A stretch of DNA of 64,000 bases from Octopus vulgaris (GCA_951406725.2 OX597841.1:930001-994000), one strand, 5' to 3'; shown: positions 13,637-30,881, numbered from the stretch's first letter. Notes: generated by a model from the sequence alone, not told the origin. A program made the numbers and translations.

Positions 13637-13870
13637 CGATCATCAGTGGGAACATACCGGAACGTATGGCGGTGCGTGTGTGTGCGTATTGTGCAGTGAG
13701 CGGGAGCTTGTGATGTTTAAACACCAGATAAAGTCTGGCCCAGCAGAGCTATAATATTCCAGAGTATTCCAAATGTGACCATCTCATCTTTTGTTAAGTC
13801 TTAATGTATTTATGGCTACATCATCCAGTTTGTTTCTGTTACGGTTGCTTAGTAACAGGTCATCCTCAAC

Positions 13871-14214
<344 letters not shown>

Positions 14215-14265
14215 ATATATACACATATATATACAAAAATATACGTATAAATATAAAAATAAAAA

Positions 14266-14411
14266 AATAAATGCGCCCTTTTAAAGCCTAGCCAGGCTCA
14301 AGGGACCAGTTTCCCGGGTTCAGTGGCGAATGTTCCCCAGCAGGGCGGGAAGCCAGTCCATCGCAGCGTTACTCATCTGTGTAGCTGAGTGGACAGGAGC
14401 AACGTGAAATT
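14266..14411 (-). mobile_element. SINE family 3 (V-domain-like), 3' part
   Basis: Matches 33832-33960. Confidence 0.7.
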
Positions 14412-14454
14412 TGCTGTCCTCTTACTAAAAATATCACTCCTTACCTCGAGTGAG

Positions 14455-14785
14455 TTGTATGTTTAATGAGCGCTATTACTCATGGAAGAAGTTTCGAGGG
14501 AATATGTGGATTTCACAAGCGGTCCCCAACAATCCCGCATGTGGAGACATCCTGTTTGCCGCAGATTGTCCGCAGACGCAGGGACAGAACGACCGAGGAG
14601 CTTCCGGTTGCCGAAGCAGACACTCCGAGGATTTTCACCAGAGCCCCGTCTGCCGGGTTGTGGCCCTAATACCACTCGGTGTCAGTCCAATCCGCCTTGG
14701 GTGGCCCTACCAGGAACCGAAGTTCCCGACGGCATAGCTCTGACACTACCCGTTGCCAGCGTCCCCAACCACGGTGAGGAGGGGA
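14455..14785 (-). mobile_element. 5' end of an RTE-like LINE
   Basis: Minus strand ccgtggttgggg...agagctatgcc...ggtagggccacccaaggcgga resembles the RTE/BovB 5' terminus as I recall it; GC-rich island in AT-rich context. Confidence 0.6.
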
Positions 14786-15107
14786 TGGACTTTGGGGACG
14801 CCAGGGGATGGACTTTGAGGACGCCAAGGGATGGACTTTGGGGACTTGTATCTTTACTAATGACCCTAATTTATTTGAAATTTTCTATTTTAAATTGTAA
14901 TTTATTCCGCTTCGTTTTCTTTTCTAACCATCCTTTCTCTCACATACAAACATTTTCCATCTCCTTATTTTATCTCTCGCTTTCTTTTCAGGGTATCTCT
15001 TCCACGTTATCTCCTTATATAGTAAAATTCACCTCGTCTCTTTCCCGAATTTCTTTCAATCTCTCCCATCCACTTTCTTTTCTCTGTCTCCCTCCCGCAA
15101 TCTTAGA

Positions 15108-15438
15108 ATGTCCCAGAATCCTTTTACCCATCTAGCTACGATGACAGTTCTGTTGTTCATCTATACAAAATTTCTGGCCGTTATTTCGAATCAAGAATTT
15201 GATGATGCTTACTACGAACATTTGCCTCCTGGTTACTCTTATGGATACCTTCAGACGAATCCATTGGAAAAATTCTATTATAGACAAAGTCTACAGGAAT
15301 GTGCCTTCTATGCTCTAAACAGCCAATCCGAATTCTTTACTTACAACAAAGTCAGCTGTGTTTGTAAGAATTACTCACCGAAAAATATAATGACAGTCGT
15401 CAGCACGAATGACACCAACGAGATTTCCTTCTATAGAT
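15108..15438 (+). CDS. Paralog B exon 1: signal peptide plus reduced PAN/apple-like region of an uncharacterised secreted protein
   Basis: ATG 15108; hydrophobic ATMTVLLFIYTKFLAVIS; SLQECAFYAL...FFTYNKVSCVCKNY; donor AGA T|gtaagt; 331 nt as in C. Confidence 0.88.
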
Positions 15439-15453
15439 GTAAGTGAAGCATTC

Positions 15454-16225
<772 letters not shown>

Positions 16226-16718
16226 AAGTGAGGGAGCAGTGCATGCCATCAAAGTGGCACTGGGGTAAAATATACGAAGCCCAGTATACCCATAATGACT
16301 ACCCGTCTGATAAGGGTACACCAGGCACATGCGTCACAACCATATGTGCGCGACATGGTGATCTCATATCAAGATAAACAGCGCATGACCTTGCAGGTGG
16401 GGCCTAGTTAGAATTTTCTGCTGGTCGAGTAACCTATCCCGCTCAAAAGGTCCCTGAATAAGGATTGTTTAAGGATGTTGAACGAAACACCCATGACTCC
16501 AAAGGTGAATTATTCAAACCCCAAAGAATCCCTCTCAACACATGGCTATGATGCTCCCCGTCAGCCACTAAGGGACATGCTCAGCTGGTTAAGGTCAAAC
16601 AACGACAAGCAAATCTGTGGTATTGAGCAGAATATTTGCTGTGGACCATCTTTTATACCAAGACAAATCAATGTACATAATTACACTTCCAATCAGTGAA
16701 GATCAGAAGCCATGAGAG
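16226..16718 (-). mobile_element. Non-coding ~0.5-kb element embedded in TAA repeats
   Basis: Inverted homolog of 22868-23423, flanked by (TAT)n on both sides. Confidence 0.8.
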
Positions 16719-16719
16719 C

Positions 16720-20405
<3,686 letters not shown>

Positions 20406-20999
20406 AGGGTACTCGTTAAGCGATGTGTGGCTTAATGATCTATTTTTCTCTTGTATACCCAAAAGTAAATGAATGTATCAATAACCTGTTTTACAAGTGT
20501 GTGTGTTTTATGTGTGTGCGTGCATGTGTGTGTGTGTGTGTATGCGTGTATGCGTGTATGCATGTATGTAATCTTTCTGTCGAACAACGTAGGCTCGAAA
20601 CGTAAAAGACTTTTTTTCTATTCCTGAGCGCTATACTAATACATTTGTTTGTTTCTACTCCACCTGCCTTCGTCTTTTGTTTATTTTCGTAAAATTTCCC
20701 TTTATGTATGTATTATACAATTTTATTAAATATTTTATACACAGAGGAAAAATCCATGACAAAAATCGAATAATCGATTATAAGTAATAACCAGCCTCTC
20801 CTGTTGATGAAACCTGGATGCTTCTCTTCTCTGGCCAGCAATATCAATATTCGTAACGGACTTTTCATAGTTACAAAACTAAGAAAATGTATGTTTAAGT
20901 AATGACTTCAAATTTATCAAAATAACGGCGTGGTACATTGACGGAGTTTTATCAGTTTGAAATACCACTATATATTCTGCTTCGTTTCCATTAATATAG

Positions 21000-22259
21000 T
21001 ATGAACTGACCAAAATAGATAGGAAAACAAGAAAAATAATGACAGGATCTAGGATTCATCACCCAAAATCTGACATAGAAAGACTATATATACAACGTAT
21101 AGAAGGTGGTAGAGGCCTTATACAGCTGGAAAACTACTATAAAATAACCACAATAGGACTGCAAAAATATCTACTTCAGAAGGAAGGAAAACTGATACAA
21201 ATAGCGGCAAAACACGAGCAAAACAAAAAACTGTTCTCAGTATTTAAGGAAGCTGACAAATACAAACAAGAAATCATACCACCTAATAAATATGAAGAAG
21301 AAGAAGAAGAAGAAGGAGAAGAAAATGAAGAAACAACAAAAGCTATAAAACAAATGAAATCCAAACTAAAAATAGAACAGCAACGAACCATGATAAAACG
21401 ATGGCAAGAAAAGCCCCTTCATGGTAAATACTGGACTAAACTAAACGCAAAAGAAATAGACAAAGAAAAATCCCAGCAATGGTTGAGAAGCTCAGGACTC
21501 AAAGCAGAGACAGAGGGATTTTTAATTGCAGCACAAGACCAAAGCCTCCCCACCAGAAATTACCAAAAACATGTAATGAAAAGAAATATTACAAGTAACT
21601 GCAGAATATGTGGAGATGGACAAGAAACAATAAATCATATTACTCTGGCTGCCCAGTCCTGGCTAAGAAGTAATATATTCACAGACATAAGTTGGAACCT
21701 ACATACATTGGAAGCTATGCCAACATTATGGAATAACAACAGAAAAAAGATGGTATAGGCACACACCAGAAAAGGTCACAGAAAACGAGAAAGCAACCAT
21801 ACTCTGGGATATGCCGATACACACAGATAGAGAAATTAAGGCCAACAGACCAGATATAGTTGCCAGAGATCATGAAGGAAAGAAAATGCTTTCTAATTGA
21901 TGTATCAATACCGGCAGATGACAACGTGTCTCTCAAAGAAATGGAGAAACTTTCAAAATACAAAGACCTGGAAATAGAGGTAACCAGAATGTGGAATCTA
22001 AAAACAGAAACAATTCCTATCATAATAGGTGCATTAGGCATGATAAAGAAATATTCAGACAAATACATAACAAAAACACCAGGACTTACAAACACATATA
22101 ACATACAGAAAATTGCACTACTAGGCGCCGCACACATCCTACGCAGAACACTTTCCATACAATAACCATCAGAGTATCACAACAAATCACAGCACATGCC
22201 CAAGTAACACACAGCTGCGCTCGGTAGTGAAGTGAAAGCACGCTATAAAAATAAAACTA

Positions 22260-22263
<4 letters not shown>
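21000..22263 (+). mobile_element. Dong/R4-like LINE (second subfamily), 5'-truncated and frameshifted, (TAA)n tail
   Basis: HHPKSDIERLY...GGRGL, GLKAETEGFLIAAQDQSLPTRNY, CRICG, LIDVSIP...KLSKYKDL; ends aaataaaactactg(aat)n. Confidence 0.92.
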
Positions 22264-22315
<52 letters not shown>

Positions 22316-22378
22316 TAATAATAATAATAATAGTTGGAATAGTACTAGTAAAAATAATTTAAATATTAATAATAATAA

Positions 22379-22433
<55 letters not shown>

Positions 22434-22456
22434 AATAGTAATAGTAATAATAATGA

Positions 22457-22494
<38 letters not shown>

Positions 22495-22602
22495 ATAGTA
22501 GTAGTAGTAGTAATAATAATAATAATAATAAAAATAATCATAGTAGTAGTAGTAGTAATAGTGGTAATAGTAATAGTAATAATAATAATATTAATAATAA
22601 TT

Positions 22603-22653
<51 letters not shown>

Positions 22654-22763
22654 CTAATAATAATATTAATAATAATAATAGTGATGATGATTTTGATGAT
22701 GGTGATGATGATGACGATGACGATGACGATGACGATATCCATAACAATAACAATAACGATAAC

Positions 22764-23488
<725 letters not shown>

Positions 23489-23612
23489 TAATATTAATAA
23501 TAACAATAATAATAATAATAATAATAATAACAACAATAATAATAATAATAATAACAATAATAACAATAACAATAATAATAATAATAATAATAACAATAAT
23601 AACAATAATAAC

Positions 23613-23647
<35 letters not shown>

Positions 23648-23744
23648 TAATAATAATGATGATGATGATGATGATGATGAGGATGATGATGATGATTGAT
23701 GATGATTGGTGATGATGATGATGATAATAATATACTTATTTCAG

Positions 23745-23923
23745 ACAGCCAATGGATTAAAGCATATGCCCTATCAATGAGAGCTGGTTCGAAAGTTTAT
23801 AATTCATTCATGAATATAGGAAATCCTTCAACCTGGAAAGTGGACAAATGCAATGGTATCTACTGTCCTAAATTCTTTCGACATCCCATTCTTGATTCCT
23901 GGAACTATCTTCCAATTGATGAG
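23745..23923 (+). CDS. Paralog B exon 2
   Basis: ttatttcag|AC AGC CAA TGG...GAT GAG|gtacgt, 179 nt, phase 1 to 0; SQWIKAYALSMRAGSKVY...CNGIYCPKFFRHPILDSW. Confidence 0.9.
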
Positions 23924-24913
23924 GTACGTAGCCATATGCATACACATACACTAATACACATATAATAATAATAATAATCGTGACGTATATTTGCCATTTA
24001 AATATGGCTAACCCCTAAGGGTGGATGCTACTGTAGTTTGTAGCCCCAGGAGGGCACCTCCCAGAAATATCTGTTAATCATTAGTAATAAGGATTAACAG
24101 ATATTTAGATCAATTCAATTGTTTGTTACATTTTTGACCTACAAAAATTATTTATGAGGAAGGCGAAACAGTGTTGAATAGAATTCTATCCGCGGCAAAC
24201 CGCAGTAATAAGAAAAGATTATCACAGACTAAAGAATCTCCTTTTGGGGTTTGATGAGTAAATGGGAAACAAAATCGATGAAATCAGCTTACGATACATG
24301 ACTGGTAAAAGTTTTATTGAGCTCGGCAGAAAGTAAAGCATGTGGACCTCGGTGGTACTTGGATTCAAAGCTGAATTACTTTGTCATTCTTTTTGTGAGA
24401 TGGCAAGATTGAGTAACAAACAAAACCTTATGGGAACAGACGAACCAGGGACCTGTCAGAGCCCAGATCAAGAGCAGTCATGGATCATGGCTAGTTCAAA
24501 ATATAAATTTATTTCGTCACTGTATTTACTGCGGAGATGTGTCAATTCATAGAATGTTTTACTCTAGATATTTCGTGTTTTCATCCACAATGGAGACGAA
24601 CACCCTCCTTCCAGGTAATCGGCTTGGAAAATTGTTGACATATTAAGACATTCGCCCTTAAATGAAACCAATAATAGCCTTAATACACAAAGGGAGAAAT
24701 TTTAATCAACAATGCGGTTTTGAGCGAAATACATGACCTCAGCCTGAGGTTAGCTCATCATTTTTCGGTCATTTATTTATATTCAAAAATTGTCGCTTTA
24801 AAATCGGAGATTAAATATCATTATGATATATATTATATAGAGTTATTGTACAGTTATTATACTATGAGCCTTCCATAGTAGCTTTCTCTCCGTAACTCGC
24901 AAAGCCTTTCGGG

Positions 24914-24984
24914 TTTACTCTTTTACTCTTTTGCATTGGTTGTCAAGCAATGCTAGGGGGACAAACACAGACACACAACCACAA

Positions 24985-25015
<31 letters not shown>

Positions 25016-25184
25016 CATATTTACGACGAGCTTTTTTCAGTTTCCGTCTACCAAATCCACTCAGAAGGCTTTGGTCGGCCCGAGGCTATAGTAGAAGACA
25101 CTTGCCCAAGATGCCACGCAGTGGGACTGAACCCGGAACCATGTGGTTGGTAAGCAAGCTACTTACCACACAGCCACTTCTGCG
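24914..25184 (-). mobile_element. SINE family 1, internally deleted
   Basis: Head and microsatellite joined directly to the tail repeats. Confidence 0.8.
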
Positions 25185-25561
25185 TTTGTTTATAAAAATA
25201 TTATTTATGTATGACTCATACACTGTTTGCTTTCCAGACATTTGTACTTTACTGCATATACTTTATACGCACTTTCTGACAAGTTCTGGTGCACCTGAGC
25301 ACTGTATACATTAATTACATTATTATCATTATAGCAAGATACGGATTAGGTGATTGGCCAATCAAAATCATTAATTTCGCCTGTTATGCAAATTCGTTTC
25401 GATCAAAAGAATGATGAGAGTGAACATTAGTCTAACAGCTTTGTTTGTTACTCAAACTTGGCATCTCACAAGAAGAATAACAAAATAATTCAACTTTGAG
25501 TCCAAATGGCACCAAGGTCCACGTGCTTTACTGTTTACTCTGCGTGTGTGTCAGTGTGTCT

Positions 25562-25606
<45 letters not shown>

Positions 25607-25607
25607 A

Positions 25608-25663
<56 letters not shown>

Positions 25664-25687
25664 GTGTCATTGTGTGTGTTTGTGTGT

Positions 25688-25728
<41 letters not shown>

Positions 25729-26029
25729 TGTGTGTGTGTCAGTGTGTGTGTGTTTGTGTCTGTTTGTGTGTGTATTTGCGTGTGTGTGTGTGTTTGTGTG
25801 AGTTTTTGCGTGTGTGTTTGTGTGTGTGTGTGTTTGTGTGTGTTTGTGTGTGTGTGTGTATTTGCGTGTGTGTGTGTGTGCGTTTGTGTGTGTATGCGTG
25901 TGTGTGTGTTTGTGTATTTGCGCGTGTGTGTGTGTGTTTGTGTGAGATTGTGTGTGTGTGTGTGTGTGTTTGCGCGTGTGTGTGTGTGTGTGTGTATATG
26001 TGTGTGCTACATGCTCATTTCTTTTGCAG

Positions 26030-26193
26030 ATAAAACTGGTAATCTATAAAAACGGAACCGATTCGAAAACAATCATATTTGATGGACGAAATACAACCCT
26101 TAACACCTGGTTCTCTCGCGAAAACTTGAGAAGTTCACCATGGGACGACCTAGCTTCCGCCACCAATTTTTATTTCTCAATGAAAGGAGTAAA
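26030..26193 (+). CDS. Paralog B exon 3
   Basis: cttttgcag|ATA AAA CTG...GTA AA|gtatgt, 164 nt; IKLVIYKNG...FDGRNTTLNTWFSRENLRSSPWDDL. Confidence 0.9.
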
Positions 26194-26490
26194 GTATGTC
26201 TATATATCTTTTATGCTTGTTTTCTTTTTTTTTACAAAACATAACTTTCGTAGGCAACAGATATAAAGTTTAACCTATACATTTAGACGCTAAACTTTCT
26301 GGAGACGAACAACATATGCCCAGGCTTTCAACAGTATATCTTCATTTGTTATGATATACAGGATGCTAATTTGAACTAATACTGCTGCCGTCTGTAAAGA
26401 TGAAATATATCCAGGCATTCGGCTAACTACAGCACCGCTGATTTGCTAAAAGCAACAGAAATAGGGATTTAGCTATTCCACCGCCGCTGC

Positions 26491-26795
26491 TGTGGAGGCA
26501 CATGGCCTAGTGGTTAGAGCAGCGGACTCGCGGTCGAGGAGTCGCGGGTTCGAATCTCAGACCGGGTGATGAGTGTGTTTATGAGCGAAACACCTAAGCT
26601 CTACGCAGCTCCGACAGAAGGTAATGGTGAAACTTCTGATGATTCTTTCGCCACAACTTTCTCTCACTCTTTCCTCCTGCATCTTGCAGCTCACCTGCGA
26701 CGGACCGGCGTCCCGTCCAGGTGGGGAACCTATACGCCAAGAAACCGGGAAGGCGGCCCTTATGAGCCAGGTATGGCTTGAGAAGGAACAACCAG
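26491..26795 (+). mobile_element. SINE family 3 with target-site duplication
   Basis: A box tggcctagtgg, B box ggttcgaatc, V-like ccggcgtcccgtccagg. ccgccgctgc is duplicated at 26481-26490 and 26796-26805, and the element is absent from the homologous intron of C. Confidence 0.85.
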
Positions 26796-26967
26796 CCGCC
26801 GCTGCAAGAGGCTATAACTCTATCAATGGTACATTTCTGTATTTTCAACACTACACGACCAAATGAAATGCTTTCTCGTGACGAACCGCACAGTTTCCTG
26901 AATTTCACATTAAGTAGCATATTTTAAAGTGGGAAGCACGAAAATGTATTTTTCACCTTAAAATGTA

Positions 26968-27565
26968 CACTCTTTTATTCTTTTACTTGTTTCAGTTATT
27001 TGACAGCGGCCATGCTGGAGCACTGCCTTTCAGTCGAGCAAATCGACCCCATGATTTATTCTTTGTAAGCCTAGTACTTATTCTATCGGTCTCTTTTGCC
27101 GAACCGCTATGTTACGGGAAAGTAAACACACCAGCATCGGGGGGACAAACACAGAAACACAAACACACATACACACACATACACACACACATACACACAT
27201 ACATATATATAAATATACATATATATACTGTGGCAAGTGTCTTCTACTATAGCCTTGGGCTGACCAAAGCCTTGTGAGTGGATTTGGTAGACGGAAACTG
27301 AAAGAAGCCCGTCGTATATATGTATATATGTATATATATATATATGTGTGTGTGTGAGTGTGTGTGTGTCTGTGTTTGCCCCCCACCCTCCAACATCGCT
27401 TGACAACCGATGCTGGTGTGTTTACGTCCCCGTCACTTAGCGGTTCGGCAAAAGAGACCGATAGAATAAGTACTAGGCTTACAAAGAATAAGTCCCGGGG
27501 TCGATTTGCTAGATTAAAGGCGGTGCTCCAGCATGGCCGCAGTCGAAATGACTGAAACTAGTAAA
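26968..27565. mobile_element. Two partial SINE family 1 copies in inverted orientation
   Basis: 26968-27228 minus, 27229-27565 plus; together they form an imperfect inverted repeat. Confidence 0.8.
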
Positions 27566-27616
27566 CGTTTAGGTTTTCATATTCTGAAACCCATCCAACT
27601 TTTTTTAACCTCACAG

Positions 27617-27780
27617 TAAAAATCGTCCCTTCGCTATATCAAAAAGGAGTAATGACTGTGCAAATTTGAGAGGCTGGTTGATTATAGATGAGGTTCCGCC
27701 AACTTGTTCGTTTGGTTACAAAGATCATTCTCCTTCAATTCGTTATTCTGATAAAAAAATGAAAGTCGTATGGAACGACG
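27617..27780 (+). CDS. Paralog B exon 4
   Basis: ctcacag|T AAA AAT CGT...AAC GAC G|gtgagt, 164 nt, phase 2 to 1, open: KNRPFAISKRSNDCANLRGWLIIDEVPPTCSFGYKDHSPSIRYSDKKMKVVWND. Not in the ORF track. Confidence 0.88.
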
Positions 27781-28048
27781 GTGAGTGATGTTTTCTCTTT
27801 TGTGTGTGTGTGTGTGTGTGTGAGTGTGCGTGTGTATATGTGTGTGTATGTGCGTGTTTATGTGTGTGAGCCTTCATTCAAATGAATTATTATTTAAAGC
27901 GTTCCGACCATGACCTTCTTGTATGTTTCCCACTCAACGATGTAAAGATTCGGCTGCTATTTCTAGTAATTCGAGTGACCACGTATGAAGACTTTCCACG
28001 ATTTATTTCCATTCCTTTGGTTATTGATGTTGTTATTGTTACTTCCAG

Positions 28049-28098
28049 GTTATACATTAGCAGACTCCATGGCCGTATTCATCCGCCTGAGGCAGTAG
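28049..28098 (+). CDS. Paralog B exon 5 (terminal)
   Basis: acttccag|GT TAT ACA TTA GCA GAC TCC ATG...CAG TAG; GYTLADSMAVFIRLRQ*. Joined CDS is 888 nt (295 aa). Confidence 0.86.
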
Positions 28099-28125
28099 AA
28101 TTTATCCAGCACATGATACTATTGT

Positions 28126-28597
28126 TGTTGTTAACGTCCATCCAATCCTGCTGACCACCACTAGTGATCCCAGTAGGTCAAGTATTACCTGTTAATAAAG
28201 AATCCATATAAATATTCAAAGTTGTTAACCTCCATCCAATCCTGCTGACCACCACTAGTGATCCCAGTAGGTCAAGTATTACCTGTTAATAAAGAATCCA
28301 TATTAATATTCTAAGTTGTTAACGTCCATCCAATCCTGCTGACCACCACTATTGATCCCAGTAGGTCAAGTATTACCTGTTAATAAAGAAACCATATGAA
28401 TATTCTAAGTTGTTAACGTCCATCCAATCCTGCTGACCACCACTAGTGATCCCAGTAGGTCAAGTATTACCTGTTAATAAAGAATCCATATAAATATTCT
28501 AAGTTGTTAACGTCCATCCAATCCTGCTGACCACCACTAGTGATCCCAGTACGTCATGTATTACATGTTAATAAAGAATCCATATAAATATTCTAAT
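28126..28597 (+). repeat. Five tandem 94-bp units in the 3' UTR of B, each with AATAAA
   Basis: ttaac at 28131, 28225, 28319, 28413 and 28507. The homologous unit is single-copy in C (~32860-32948). Confidence 0.95.
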
Positions 28598-28699
28598 TCC
28601 GTCTTTCGAATTGTGATTGGCTTTCTCTGACCCCAGAGACAGAGCCGTTGTTTTTGTTGTTGTTGTTGTTGTTGTTGCTGCTGCTGTTCTATTTCATAC

Positions 28700-29050
28700 T
28701 AAATGCTTTGCACCTTAGGTAAGTGTCTTCTACCAAAGCCTTGTGAGTGGATTTAGTAGGCGGGAACCGAATGAAACATGTCGTATGTGTGTGTGTGTGT
28801 GTGTTGTCTGTATGTATGTGTGTGTGTGTGTGTGTTTGTATGCGTGTGCTTGCCACCCTCCCCACCAACATCGCTTGATAAACGATGCTGGTATGTTTAC
28901 GTCCCCGTAACTTTGTGGGTCGGCAAAAGAGACCGATAGAATAAGTACTAGGCTTACAAAGAATAAGGCCTGAAGTTGATTTGTTCTACTAAAGGCGGTG
29001 CTCCAGCATGGCCGCTGTCAAATAGCTGAAATAAATACAAGAAAAGAATA
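28700..29050 (+). mobile_element. Diverged SINE family 1
   Basis: Body and tail motifs recognisable, head missing. Confidence 0.75.
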
Positions 29051-29349
29051 ATAAACGGCTAGTATTCTGATTTCGAATTTAAACCTTAAGTTCGTGATGA
29101 GGTCGATCTTATAGCAGTTTATATATATTGTTAAAATCTTTTATCCTTTATGGAAAATGATGTAAACCTCTGTAGAGACAACTGGAATTTCAGAAGTATA
29201 AGTGACTAATATCAAAGAAGAACCAACGGTATCCCCTAGTATATATACATATATAGAACCTCCAATATCGTTAGTCGATATAGAGCAAAACTGGTGTACA
29301 CTTGGATAAAATTTATCCCTAGGAAAAAACAACCTCTTTTCATACAAAC

Positions 29350-29378
<29 letters not shown>

Positions 29379-29380
<2 letters not shown>

Positions 29381-29687
29381 GAGGCGCAATAGACCATTGG
29401 TTAGGGCAGCGGACTCGCGGTTGTAGGATCGCGGTTTCGATTCCCAGACCGGGCTTTGTGAGGGTTTATTGAGCGAAAACACCTAAGGCTCCACGAGGCT
29501 CTGACAGTGGCTGGTGGCGATCTCTGCTGTACTCTTTCGCCATAACTTTCTTTCACTCTTTCTTCTATTGGCCTGCTTGCTTAGCCAGCGGGGGTGGCGT
29601 CATTTGAAGGCTAAAACAATGCGAAGCACATTCTGACCAGCGATGTGTAGCAACATCTGATAGCCTGGTCGGTCACAGTGACCACGT

Positions 29688-29690
<3 letters not shown>
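29379..29690 (+). mobile_element. SINE family 3
   Basis: Highly similar to 61246-61555. Confidence 0.82.
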
Positions 29691-29733
<43 letters not shown>

Positions 29734-29772
29734 AATCTCTGAACGAAGTATAAAAAGTAACTGCACGACAAC

Positions 29773-30026
29773 GTGAGGTATATTTGCCATCTCAATATGG
29801 CTAACCACTAAGAGTGGGTGTTACTGTAGCTTGTAGCCCCAGGAGAACATCTCCTCAAAGCTGGCTTTAGGCACGCTTTCGGTGCTCTTAAGATATTTTC
29901 AAATACCTTAAAGGCACAGAAAGCGTGCCTAAAGCCAGCTGGAGTAGATGTTCTCCTGGGGCTAAAAGCTACAGTAACACCCACCTTTAGTGGTTAGCCA
30001 TATTGAGATGACAAATATACCTCACA
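29773..30026. mobile_element. ~255-bp palindrome, same family as 4825-5079
   Basis: gtgaggtatatttgccatctc...gagatgacaaatatacctcac. Confidence 0.85.
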
Positions 30027-30071
30027 CACACACAATTATATATATATATATATATATTATTTTATAGAAGG

Positions 30072-30122
30072 AGCTTCTACAGGACTAGAACTGTTTCATT
30101 CAGATGAAATCTTCAGGAAGCT
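30072..30122 (-). ncRNA. Type I minimal hammerhead ribozyme motif (Penelope-like element type)
   Basis: Minus strand AGCUUC-CUGAAGA-UUUCAUCUGAAU-GAAA-CAG-UUCUAGUC-CUG-UA-GAAGCU: 6-bp helix I, complete core, helix III and GUA triplet; helix II is weak (U.U closing pair). Confidence 0.72.
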
Positions 30123-30176
30123 GCAATGTATTGAGTACCTTATTTACTGTGGTTAACCCCGACTCAACCCGGGACC

Positions 30177-30239
<63 letters not shown>

Positions 30240-30342
30240 TTAAATAATAAGAGTAGAAATTGATATTAATCAATTGAAACCAGTGGCTTAGCATATTTAA
30301 AACATCCGAAGATTAAAAATTGCGTTACATACAAAATTAAGA

Positions 30343-30621
30343 GGACACCTAATATGCTAAACATAGACGTCAAATCGCCATTACCACGAAGGGTGTGTTC
30401 TCAAGCAAAATCTCAGCAAAACGCCAAAACGTAAAAATAAGCGAAACAAATGAAAATATACGGAATAAAAAACGATTACCTACGTACCATGGTTTCACTT
30501 GTTAATATCTACGTATGCAAACACGCAGATATTTGCAAGATCGTCAGCGTAGACTTTTCTTGAGAACACACTCTTTGTAGTAATGGCGATTTGACGTCTA
30601 TGTTTAGCATATTAGGTATCC
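30343..30621. repeat. Inverted repeat with ~65-bp arms
   Basis: ggacacctaatatgctaaacatagacgtcaaatcgccattac...ctcaag is inverted at 30557-30621. Confidence 0.88.
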
Positions 30622-30646
30622 ACTTTAGTGGTCATTCCACTTAATG

Positions 30647-30710
<64 letters not shown>

Positions 30711-30881
30711 TTGTATATGTATATATATATATTTATATGTACATATATATATTTTGCATTATATTTTTTTATCTAGTTTCAGCTCACGAGCTGTGGCCAT
30801 GCTGGGGCACCGCCATTTGATGTTGCTACATGATTTTAGTTCACGAATGCTTTTTAGCAATTGCCATTTGGTGCATGAGAG

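Noticed and set aside
14450-15135. 217-aa ORF 14482-15135 and overlapping short ORFs
   Set aside because: Spans a GC-rich retroelement end, a 21-bp repeat and a pyrimidine tract; no recognisable protein features.
25496-26049. Cys/Val-rich ORFs (also 33228, 48597, 52683-54289 and 60778)
   Set aside because: Translations of (TG)n, (TA)n and (CATA)n repeats.
26494-26570. tRNA gene (also 29379, 34000, 61246 and family 1/2 heads)
   Set aside because: A and B boxes are present but no complete cloverleaf; each continues into a shared SINE body.
28126-28597. Possible CRISPR-like array
   Set aside because: No variable spacers; it is a plain tandem duplication of 3' UTR sequence.
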